Assembly: GCA_905178155.1 (NCBI GenBank)
Contig: CAJINV010000002.1
Span: forward strand, 9,435,412-9,499,411
From: Amoebophrya sp. A120
Lineage: Eukaryota; Protista; Dinoflagellata
Reading direction: 5' to 3'
Length of the DNA stretch: 64,000 nucleotides
Below the pieces are notes generated by a model. The model ran no database searches, was not told the DNA's origin, and saw only the letters and a program-made list of their open reading frames with translations. Below, in pieces: positions 39,601 through 49,555 of the stretch. The position numbers and the translations under genes are program-made. The first letter of the stretch is position 1. The number at the start of each line of letters is the position of its first letter.

Positions 39601-42600
39601 GTCGCGGCAACAGTTTCATCTCCGTCCACAAGTGGTTGTTGTACCTTCTCGAGAAATAAGTCCGCGCGCAGCTCGATGAAGTGCGTGCGGTTTTCCCGGA
39701 GCAGTTTCTTGCAGGCGGAAACTAACTTTTCCACACTGTTTCCGTGGCTCTTCAAATCCTCCAAGCTGAGACTGACAAACGTCGACCCGGGCGCCAGCTG
39801 GTACGGGACGAGCGCCTGGAGCTTGTGGTTGAACCCGCACGCCTGCAGTCCCAGCGCGTGGTAGGCCCACTGGCAAATCACGGGGTTGCAGCTAGTACTC
39901 GAGATGTCGCTCGAAGCAGGTTTGGTCTCCCCCTCGACAAGCGCATGATCACCCACTTCTTCGTGATTGAAAAAGGTGAAGTGCGCCGCTTTCTCGTACA
40001 GCGCTTCCCGCTTCTCCAAGAGCGCCAACAGCGACTCCGTGTCCTTGATGAAGAATTTTTCGCGCCTTATCCTGAGTAAACACGTACCCACACCAGAGTT
40101 GTAGTGCAGATTTGCAAAGACAGGAAGACTTGTAATGCGCATCCCCATGAGAGCCATTTCCAGTCGTGTTTTGGAATTTGTGATGCTGTGAACAGGATGA
40201 GCAGATGAATCTGTGATGCGGCTGCAGTTGCTAACCTGCACTACACTACGAACTGCAACTTGTCATGCGTGACTCACAAAACTCCTAGGTTTGTGTTGCA
40301 AAATCCCCATCCTGACTCTGGTGTGGGTACGTTTTTACTCAGGATACGCCTCGCCAGCGCGTGCATGATGTTCTCCACCGTCCGCTGGACGTAGATGGTT
40401 GTCCCCCGTTGCCGCAGAATGTCCACGTTGTGTTCCACGATGCCGCCCCCGCAGTCCAAAATCACTTTCTCGGACGCGGCGTGCTCACACAGGTCCAACA
40501 ACGTTTCGCGCTCCAGGGCACGAAATTTTTCCCACCCGAACGCGTCCACAAACTCCTGGATCGGAAGCGACTGGAAGGCGGGCGGAAACTTTTTCTTCAG
40601 CGCCGCGTCCACCTCGACGCACGCGACGCCGAAGTGCTGCGACAACACCTTGGCCAGCGAGCTCTTTCCGGCCCCGGGGAGTCCGACCAGAAAGAAAATC
40701 TGCTTGCTTTGGAAAGAGAGAGGAGACGTAGTAGAACTGCAAGAAGAGCCTAGTACTTTCGTCCCTGAAGGTTCCCCAAAACCCGGCATCAAAGGTGCCT
40801 TCCCTAATGTGCGCAGCTCAAACGAACCAGTCGAGGAAGTTTGTGTGCTGCGGCCAGTTTTAAAGCTAGCGGAGTGCTCGTCGCTCTGACCCGTAGTTCT
40901 CTGCGTTTTCAGGAAGGCCGCGCCGGCCGACTCGGGGTCGAGCACCTGGAAACCGAAGTGTCGTTCCAAGTCCTTCCAGAACGCCGGATAGGTTTTGTCG
41001 ACGCATCGGTAGTCGTCGACAACGAGCAAGAGGTGCCGCTTCTTGTCGATCGATCGCAGCCCCGCCGCCAGACAGGCGACGCTCATTGCAACTCGGTGGT
41101 CTTTGCGACAATCGATGACAATTTTCCGTGGGGGAGCTCGTCCTTCTTGTGCTTTTTCTTCCGGTCCTTCTCCCAACGTTCTGGCAGGCGCCGCCCCAGA
41201 CCGACCCGAGCTTCCGCAGCCACGAATCCGGACGATTTTGTCTTCCCCGTAGCTAGCCATGATGCCGCAGTGCAGCAGAATTTCGCACGCCACATTGATC
41301 CGGTCGCACTCTTTCACGTTTTGGTTATCGACATTCACGAGCTGTGTCTCCTCAGGCGAAAAAGACCCGGAATCCGACGTCGCACAAGCGGTGCCGCAAA
41401 GCCCGGCCAGCAACGCGAACGTCAGCGTGGTGTCGCTGGAATCCAGGTCGAGGGGCGCGGTCGGGGGCGACAAAATTGGTGGACCTCTGCTCACATCTTC
41501 AAGCGGCACCATTCTGAGTCCCCTGGGGTCGTCCACATCGAATTTCACCCGGCCCGGAGCAAAATGCTGCAGTTTCTGAACCATTTTGTAGTCTCCCTGG
41601 ATACTGGACTTGAACAGATTCTTCACCACGACCTCCTTCCCCAACACGAGACCCAGCGCCAACGGGTACATCGCGGCCGACGCGTCCGGCTCGACCAAAT
41701 AGCGGTTGGACTTCGGTGCCTTGTAGGGGGAGATGCGGGCGCCATGCGGTTCTTGAGTTTTCGTGCATGTGGAACTAACTCCGGCACTGTTCGTTGCGCT
41801 CGCGAAGCAGCTCTCGTTGACGAAGTAGACCGTGCTGTTGGGTCTCTTTTCCGTCACGATTTCCACCCCGAAGGTGCCAATGCAGGCTATCGTCATCTCG
41901 ACAAAGGTCTCGGACACGATGCTCTTGCCGGGCACCTCGATCTCGTGGTTACGCCCTAGAAGCGGCAACGCCATCAGCAAGCCGGAGAGGAACTGCGACG
42001 ACACCGACGCTTCTACGGTAATCGTAGTTTTAGAAGATAAAGCTGCTATGCCATCTTTATTGTTATTTGCATCGCCTGCTTGCATGCCACGACTGCCGCC
42101 GGCGCTAGTTCTACTTACGTCGTTCTTCTTCTTCCGTCCGGTCTGTCCCTTGATCACGACTTTGAACGTGTTGAGATTGGCGTCCAGCCGCTCCACGGCA
42201 ACGAAGGGCGCCAGTGCGTCCACCAACGGTTGAATCGGTCGCACCTTCATCCGGGCCACGCCCTCCAGCACGATATCGGCCGTGGCGTGGAGCCCGAGGA
42301 TGCCGGACAGAAAACGCACGCAGGTGCCGGAATTCCCGAGGTACAGGGTGGTCCGCGAGGACGAGGACGACGCTGCGGACAGCTCCTTCTGTTTGCTTTC
42401 GCTGCTCGTGCTAGGAGCTTCCCCGCCCGTGGAGGACGATAGACTGCTGGCCGCTCCGTCCACCGAGCAAGTGGCGTCAGTGCCGGAGGTTGAGGTTGTA
42501 CTCGGTGCTGGTGCGCTTGGAATGTTTAGTAGCCCGGCCGCAGCGCTTTTGGTCATCAAGTTGCTGCCGAATTTCAGCCCGACCTTTTCAATCACTACCT

Positions 42601-45600
42601 GTCTCTTCTCGCGGTCCGCGCTGACGGCCACACCCAGCTGCTCCAGGGCCCGCAGCAGTAGCAGTGTGTCCTCGGCAAAGAGCACGTTTTCCAACGTGAT
42701 GAAGTTGTCTACTACTTTCGAGGTCGCGTGGCTAAAACCACCTCGTCCATGGACTCCTTCTATTACTTCCTGCGTTGTATCTGGCTCGCACATAGCGGCG
42801 AGCAGGATCGCTCGATTGGTAATGGACTTGGACGCCGGTATGTCGATTTCCACCACGTCGTTATTTTTGCTCGTTGCTTTTTTTTGTTCATCCGCCAACA
42901 GCAGCCCGCGCTGGTGCGTCATCATCAGTTTCAGCTCCTGTGGGGTCGGCGTGAAAATCCGGGGCAGACCGATCCTCTCGATCGTGACAAGACGGCCCAT
43001 TTTCTTGTCGTTCAGGAGGTACTTGAGCATGTTGTCTGTGGACAAGTGGTGCGGCAGCTTGGTCATCATGGAGTACTGCGACATGGTGTTTTCCACCTCC
43101 AGCCGAATGTCGTCTGGTAGGTCAATCATCTCTGCCACCATCCCGATGCTGACGCAGTGCCCGTGCCCGATCCCGGATTCCGCCTCCACCGCGTGCCCGA
43201 TGGTGTGGCCGAAATTCAAAATCTCCCGGGGGTACGATTTCGCGGAAAACTCGAAAGAAGGTTCTTGTCCTTTGCTTTTCGTAGAATTCGTGCTTTTTGC
43301 ACAGCCATTGACATCATTTTTCTCTTCCTGGTTCAGCAAGTCGTCCTTCGGATCCTTGCTGGCGATGACCATTTTCGTTCTGGCGGTGAGGCCGACGATC
43401 TGTTCCTGCAAAGTTAAGTCTAGCAGCAGGTCCTCCAGCGTGTTCCGCTTGAGCAGTTCCCACAATTCCAGGTCCGGATCCGGGGTGATCACCGCCGTCT
43501 TCAGCACCTCGCCCATGCCGGAGACGAACTCGGCCTTCGGCAGCGTTTTCAGGAACGTCCGGCAGTCGATCACCGTGCTCACCGGGAGGTGGAAGGCCCC
43601 CACCAGGTTTTTCCCGTGGCCGCAGACGTCGATGCCCACCTTGCCGCCCAGGCTGCTGTCCACCATGGAGAGCAGCGTCGTCGGGACCTGCAGGTAGGGC
43701 ACGCCGCGCAGAAAGGTCGACGCGGTGAACCCGGTCAGGTATTGAAAGGAAATATCCCCCCTCCCCATATCAAAAAGGTACGGCGCAGAAAATTTGCAAT
43801 GCTGATTCGCGACCACAAATCATCTCTGTCTTGCAAGAAGGCAACTCCACAGGCTCCGCCGCATTATGAAGGCGGTTTGTGATGCGGTTTGGCCGACAGC
43901 ACAGACGTTTCTGATGCTAAGCGCCTAGCCCAAAACCTCTCTACTCAGGCTTGAAGTAGGCCTGCCGTCCCCTTCAGCAAGACAAATCTGATTTGTGTAC
44001 GCAAATCCAGCATCACAAATTTCCGCTTTGATATGGGGAGGGGGGATTTTTCTTTTCGATATCAGGTCGCCGATCACGCCGCCTCCCAAGGCGATCAAAA
44101 TGGAGGAGGACCGCCCGAAGTGGTGCTGCAGCATCAGGTTCTCGTATCCTGAGTAAAAACATACCCATACCAGAGTCAACGTGGAAAATCTGCTAGACAA
44201 ATCAGCCAGCTTTCGCTGTTTCGCATGACAAGTTTGTCCTCGTAGTGTAATCCTGTTTAGCTAGTTCAGAAGCATCACAGATCTAGCATAGCATGCTGAT
44301 TCTAGCATCACAAATCCCAAAACACGACTAGAGAAAGCTTCTCCTGGGGCTTCGCATGAGAAACTTTTTTGGCATGCAAATCTGCATGACAACTCTGGTG
44401 TGGGTACGCTTTTACTCAGGATATCTCGATCTCGGTCTTGTAGATCGAGTGCTTCACGGGCTCCTGGGAGGGGAGCGTGAGAGCCTTGAAAACGAGGTTT
44501 CGCTTGTAGTCGGTCAGCATTTTTTCCAGCGCACGGATCTCCTTCTCGTGAATCTTGCCCACCACGTCATCCGTGACGAGCATGACGTGTACGAGCTTCG
44601 GGTTCGCGCGGAGGCGGCTCAGCACTGCCTCCTTCCAAGTTTTGTTGGTCGCTGCTGTTGACTCAACTCCTTGCGCTTGCGGCTGCGACGACGACGAGAA
44701 CATATCTAGGCTCTTCGTGTTGCAAAAGTCGACAGGGTGGATCCATTTCGTTTTCCGCTCGTGGTACTCCAGGAACGAGATTTTCTGCGTCTCTCCTCCT
44801 GAAGCGTTCTTGCTCAAAACCAACGAGCCACTGCATTCAGCCGCTGCACCTGCAGTTGTGCTGCTTACTGAAGCCGCAGGAGCCGCACAAGGTGGAATTG
44901 CGTTGTTTGTTTTCCTCACTGCACTGCTGTTCATCACCTGCACATCTCCTCCTGATGGTGGGGTTTTGTCGGTCAGCAACGTCCTGTCCGCGAAATTGAC
45001 GTAGTAGTTCTTTTCGTTATCCAGCAAGCAGTCCTGGGTCTTCCGCCGCGCGTTCTGCACCATAAACTGGTCCAGCAACACGATGGCGGCCATGGTTTCC
45101 ACGATCGGAATCGCCCGATTCACGATGCACGGGTCGTGCCGCCCCTTCGCTTCCAGCACCGCTCTTTCCCCCTCCAGTGTAACGCTCTCCTGCGCGAGGC
45201 TGATGGTCGCGGGCGGCTTGAACGCGATCTGAAACACGACGTCCTCGCCGTTGCTGATGCCCCCCTGCACGCCCCCGCTGTAGTTCGTCTTGGTCCGCAC
45301 GCGCTGCGAACTGTCGTCGAAGTAAAACGCGTCGTTGTGCTCGCTCCCTTGCATTTTCGCGCACTGGAAACCGGACCCGATCTGGAAGCCCTTGGTCGCG
45401 GGAATGCTCAGCATCGCGTGACTCAGCTCGGCCTCCAACCGGTCGAAGGCCGGTTCGCCGATGCCGATCGGGCAGTTGCGGACTATGCATTGCAAATATG
45501 TCTGGGTCTGGAAGGATGCGAACTTGTGATGCGCATTTCACAACACAGACAAGTCTCTCATGCATAGGCAGCAAAAGGTGCCCATTTCCTGTCACCAAAA

Positions 45601-46493
45601 TAGGGGATTTGTCATGCGGATTAAGCAATGCGGAAGCTTCTCGATGTCTGTGATGCTAGGGCTTTCATGACAGACATCTTGTGTCATGCAAAAACAGCAA
45701 GACAAAAATCTGCATTCTTCCAGACCCAGACATTTTTGCATTTGATACGGACCACACAGGTGCAAATGCCGCCGACGCTGTCGCCCTTCTGCTTTAACTC
45801 GGCCACGAACTTCTCCATCTTCGCGGCGAGCGCCAGATCCGGACACCGAATGATGGACTTGTCCACGTCGGCCCGCGTCAGCGTCTTGAGAAAGGAGCCG
45901 GCGCGGTTGTCCGCAATCTTGGCGCCGATGTCCATCTCGAACGGTCCGACGGCGGACACAAAGGCCACGATCTCCGTGCCGCAGGCCAGCTTTAGGTACT
46001 TCTCCGCCACGGCGCCGGCACACACGCGGCCGATGGTCTCGCGCGCGCTGCTGCGGCCGCCGCCGGAGGAGGCGTGCGTGCGGTACTTTTCGTAGTACGT
46101 AAAGTCCGCGTGGGAGGGGCGGAAAATGCGGTTGAGCTTCAGCGTGTCCTTGTACGGGTCGTCGTTCTGCGCCTTTTCGCCCTGGTTCTCCCCCGGCTTC
46201 TTCTCGCTGCCGTAGTCCTGCGGTCGCATATCCAGGTTCTTCACCAGGCACGCGATCGGCGTGCCCAGCGTCCTCCCGAACTCCGTGCCGGACAGGATGG
46301 TCACCTGGTCGGTTTCGTTCCGCGCGGTGTTGATGCTCGGCGTCGCGCCAGGGCGACGCCGGGACAGCTGCGGCTGGATGTCGGCCTCGGTCAGGGGCAA
46401 AAGGGGAGGCACGCCGTCGATCACAACACCCACGCCCACGCCGTGCGACTCCCCGAACGTGGACACGGTGTACAACTTGCCGAACGTCGACAT
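36646..46493 (-). CDS. aroC-AROM: Hexafunctional shikimate-pathway protein: chorismate synthase (AroC) - DHQ synthase (AroB) - EPSP synthase (AroA) - shikimate kinase (AroK) - type I dehydroquinase (AroD) - shikimate dehydrogenase (AroE). Exons about 46493-45748, 45478-44424, 44139-44062, 43734-40347, 40062-39489, 39204-38076, 37818-37742, 37412-36923, 36690-36646
   Basis: AroC: [39 protein letters not shown]. AroB: [41 protein letters not shown]. AroA: [39 protein letters not shown]. AroK: [12 protein letters not shown]. AroD: [17 protein letters not shown]. AroE: [30 protein letters not shown]. The frame stays continuous after removing 8 inserts; the last exon is least certain. Confidence 0.93.
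36692..36922. mobile_element. Introner family E (231 bp) near the 3' end of AroE
   Basis: Short TIR TATCAC(G/A)CGCGA. Removal gives QAEHQ-(LH/Y)LLFRKAVP, resembling the AroE C-terminal Q-F-x-L-W-T-G-K-x-x-P. DR is weak. Confidence 0.55.
37421..37741. mobile_element. Introner family B (321 bp) in AroE
   Basis: Long imperfect TIR TATTG...GAAAAATCCCCCCTCCCCATAT. Flanked by the 8-bp DR GCTGCTCG. Removal restores [20 protein letters not shown]. Confidence 0.93.
37824..38075. mobile_element. Introner family A (252 bp) in AroE
   Basis: Perfect 28-bp TIR TATCAAATGTAAAAATGTCTGGGTCTGG. DR ATCGG/ACCGG. Removal restores [11 protein letters not shown]. Confidence 0.93.
39210..39488. mobile_element. Introner family C (279 bp) in AroD
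   Basis: TIR TATCCTGAG(C/T)AAAAACGTACCCACACCAGAGT. DR AAACA/AAATA. Nearly identical to 40068-40346. Confidence 0.95.
40068..40346. mobile_element. Introner family C (279 bp) in AroK
   Basis: 32-bp near-perfect TIR and perfect DR CGCCT. Removal restores LARR-EKFF...[10 protein letters not shown]. Confidence 0.95.
43740..44061. mobile_element. Introner family B (322 bp) in AroB, opposite orientation to the 37421 copy
   Basis: TIR with CCCCCCTCCCCATATC and perfect DR TCAGG. Removal restores [19 protein letters not shown]. Confidence 0.95.
44145..44423. mobile_element. Introner family C (279 bp) in AroB, opposite orientation to the 39210 and 40068 copies
   Basis: TIR TATCCTGAGTAAAA..TACCCA.ACCAGAGT and perfect DR TCTCG. 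The interior matches the reverse complement of the other two copies. Confidence 0.95.
45484..45747. mobile_element. Introner family A (264 bp) in AroC
   Basis: TIR TAT....TGCAAA.ATGTCTGGGTCTGGAAG and perfect DR CGGAC. Removal restores [18 protein letters not shown]. Confidence 0.95.
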
Positions 46494-47236
46494 AGTTGTG
46501 TGGAATGTTTGATATTTTTGCTAGGTCAGGGGAATAAAGTCGTTTGATTTTTGAAATTATAGTGTGAAGATGATACCAGCGTAAGCGCTTTGATCTTTCG
46601 TGATATTTGTAATTCTACTCTAGATGCGGTCGTGGTCCTCGAGAGGCAGGTTGTGGTATCACTTTTCGTGTTGTTAGTTCCCAAGCCTTTGGATCAAAAA
46701 TCATTTTTTACGTGCTCCTCCGGACCGGAGGTAGACCTTAGCAAGATCATACAGCTCAGTTCGGCGCAAAAAAAAAGGTTTGTGCAATGTTAAACTTCTT
46801 CGAGAAAAAACAGCTTTTCCCGGCATTTTTCTTCTCGATAGCCGATATCAATCGCCGCCGTCAAAAGAAAAGCACTACTTGTAACCACTATGACTTCTTT
46901 CGGAGTATTGCTCGGAGAATTTTGTCATAGAAGTCATTGAGCTTGACAGGTGGCAAGCTTCACAAAAATCTTTATTCTGATGACATGAGGGCACACATAC
47001 TGGAGTTTCGTTGGTCAGATCTATCCCTGTGCGGTAAATGATTTTTCACTAAGAGAAAAAAGAGAAACATGATGACACAGAGGACATTATTTTTCACCGA
47101 TGCACATTTTTTCGGCAGGACGAAGCCAAGTCCGGCTCTTCTTCATCTCTTCTTGAGCTGTCGTTGGAAAGACTTTTCGACAGGTAGTCCGGATCCTGAT
47201 AGCACTTACGTTGGGATCGCGGGGCTTTTCGTTTTG

Positions 47237-47610
47237 TGTAGGTATGATCAAGAAACACGATGCAAATCGATCTTGACAACCAACCCGATTCCGCAATGCA
47301 AAATTGAAATCACGATGTAAATCAAGATGAGTTGACGATGATTCAAAATGAGGTCTAACCGAAATCACGATGTAAATTTGATGGTGACGATCAACGACTG
47401 TTGATCTGATTTTAGCGTATACTATGGCGATTCGAGACTGTTTTTGAAGTACCCCAAATCTTGAATGTTTACCCGCAGGCTGTACGTTAGTACCATTCAG
47501 ATTGATTGCAACTTGAAACGCCTTCCAACAGGGCCTATTAACACCTTGAATCAAAGATGACCAGTGTTCAAATCGCCCGCGTTTCTTGCGTTGTTGATTG
47601 TCTTCCGACA
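47237..47610 (+). repeat. 5' LTR (374 bp)
   Basis: TGTAGGTATGATCAAG...TCTTCCGACA; matches 53711-54103. Confidence 0.95.
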
Positions 47611-48406
47611 TTCTACGGCACAGCCTTGCGCTGACACCAAGTCCAAGACACGACCAGTGCCAACACGACAACAACTACCAAGACTGGTCCCCCCGCAACA
47701 CTACAGCCACACGAAGAGCCGCAGAAAGGTACCCAGAGTGAGAGAATTTTTGGTAGTGTTTTGAGTAAATTTTTGGTTATTTTGAATTCAAATTTTTAGC
47801 AAAATAACCCCCAGCCACCGAGTTCAAATCAACCAACATTGGTGATTTGCTGCTGTGCTATCGTGCATCGATACACGGTCAGAGGCTGGTTTGTAACAAG
47901 AGAGAATTTGCACTACAACACCTATACAGGTGCAAGCGAGAGACAAAGCCACCAAAGGTGCATGCTACGAAGCGCATGACCTTTGCCGAAGCATCGAGCG
48001 AGGAAGAGGAAAGGTACTAAAATCGTACTTGTTTCGGTCTGTTTTTTTCATCATTGGAAATTTTAAATGCGAACACGCACAAAGGAACTCTCATGCTAAT
48101 CCCCGTCAACAAAAACTATTACAGTCTGGACGGCGGATTTGCGTACCGAGCAGCAGTCTGGTACAAGAGCAAGAACCCAACAGCCGGGCACGACGAGGCA
48201 CTAAATTCCGTCGGTTTTTGAAAGTAGGAATGTGAGTGTAAGTCTGATTACGTCTGTAGTTGCGTCGTGATTCAACAAGATGATCGCATTTGACATGCTG
48301 AATATCATCTGAATTCGATTGCAAATTTTCCGTACAGGTAGCCGCCCACGCGTGTGCCGAGTACGACAGACGCTACAGCCGCGCCGCGCGTGCTCATCGT
48401 AAAGAG

Positions 48407-49555
48407 ATGGGGGCGCCGGATGACGAGAGTCGCCCGAACCTTTCCGGCACCGTCGGAATGGTTTACGACGCGGAACACGAAGGACAGGCAGGAAAGGACT
48501 TCTCTGCATTCAAGGGATACGCGATCGCTCAGGCGTTCGCCCTTGACATCGGAGCACAGTCCAAAAAGGACTTAGAAGGAAAAGTCACTCTTGATAAGTG
48601 GGATGAGATTGATCAGTTAGCCCGTGACCAATGGGTTGCTGACGGCAAACACGAACAAGACTTCTGGCCCTCTTACACAACCGAAGTCCGCTCTGCTTAT
48701 GGAAAGTTGTATGGCGCAGTATTCAAATCCTTAACCGGAAAAGCCCGAGCCAAAGCGCAAGAGGTTCAGGAAAAGCCCGGGGCTGCCGCGTGCGTAGTCA
48801 CCTTGATCCACGCGATTAAGGAAAAGGCTAACCCGCAGACCGCCGGTGCCCGTCGTATGTTGATTAAGGAATATTTCAACAATACGCAGGGAGAAGACGA
48901 AACTGTGGAAGAACATGTTGACAAGCAGCACAGGTTTCTGATGACGAAACTGGGTGGATCAATTACTATTGACGAGTTGAAGCACCACTGTACTTGCGGG
49001 AACATGCGTGAAGAATTCGATGATTGCAACAGGCGTGCCTTGGCGGATGGATCTAGTTTCGAAGAAACTAAGAATCACATGATCGAGGAGGAACGCGCTC
49101 ACTCCAGCAACGGAGAGACCACGAAGCACAAGGCTAATCTGGTCCGCAACAAGAATTCTCGCAGTAAGCATGGCCCGCACCCCGATCACGTTCAGAAGAA
49201 TCGCGAGGAGCAAATGTTGGCCAACATGTTTAAGAAGGAGATGCCGAACCTGATCCAGCAGGCCGCTGCGAATCTGATCGCGCAGAATCCAAATTTGGCC
49301 GCGAATCAGACTGCTGGTGGTAATGACGACAGTCATGCGGCCAATTATGCAGGAGATTCCAAGTGGTGTTCGAATTGCAATTCGGAATCCCATAACGCCA
49401 AGGATTGCTGGTACAAAAACAGCAACAAGGTCAATAAGCAATCTTCCAACAAGAACAACGGTAAGGGTAACAACACGAATACTGTTCGCAAGGGCAACGA
49501 CAAACCAAAGGGCGGAGGTAAGAAGGGAAAAGGAAAGAAGGGTAAGAAGCACTGA
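48407..49555 (+). CDS. gag: Copia Gag with CCHC zinc knuckle
   Basis: CSNCNSESHNAKDC (C-x2-C-x4-H-x4-C), a basic tail, and position immediately inside the LTR element. Confidence 0.85.
   Translation: MGAPDDESRPNLSGTVGMVYDAEHEGQAGKDFSAFKGYAIAQAFALDIGAQSKKDLEGKVTLDKWDEIDQLARDQWVADGKHEQDFWPSYTTEVRSAYGKLYGAVFKSLTGKARAKAQEVQEKPGAAACVVTLIHAIKEKANPQTAGARRMLIKEYFNNTQGEDETVEEHVDKQHRFLMTKLGGSITIDELKHHCTCGNMREEFDDCNRRALADGSSFEETKNHMIEEERAHSSNGETTKHKANLVRNKNSRSKHGPHPDHVQKNREEQMLANMFKKEMPNLIQQAAANLIAQNPNLAANQTAGGNDDSHAANYAGDSKWCSNCNSESHNAKDCWYKNSNKVNKQSSNKNNGKGNNTNTVRKGNDKPKGGGKKGKGKKGKKH

Noticed and set aside
40841-43697. Long plus-strand ORFs (372 and 471 aa) antisense to the aro gene, and similar ORFs opposite trp and GLR
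   Set aside because: These are shadow ORFs expected from high-GC codon usage, with no recognisable motifs.
36646-46493. Bacterial contamination, or pseudogenisation of the aro gene by MITEs
   Set aside because: Flanking genes have spliceosomal introns, and the aro frame and catalytic motifs are intact over about 2,500 codons once the inserts are removed, indicating a functional eukaryotic gene.
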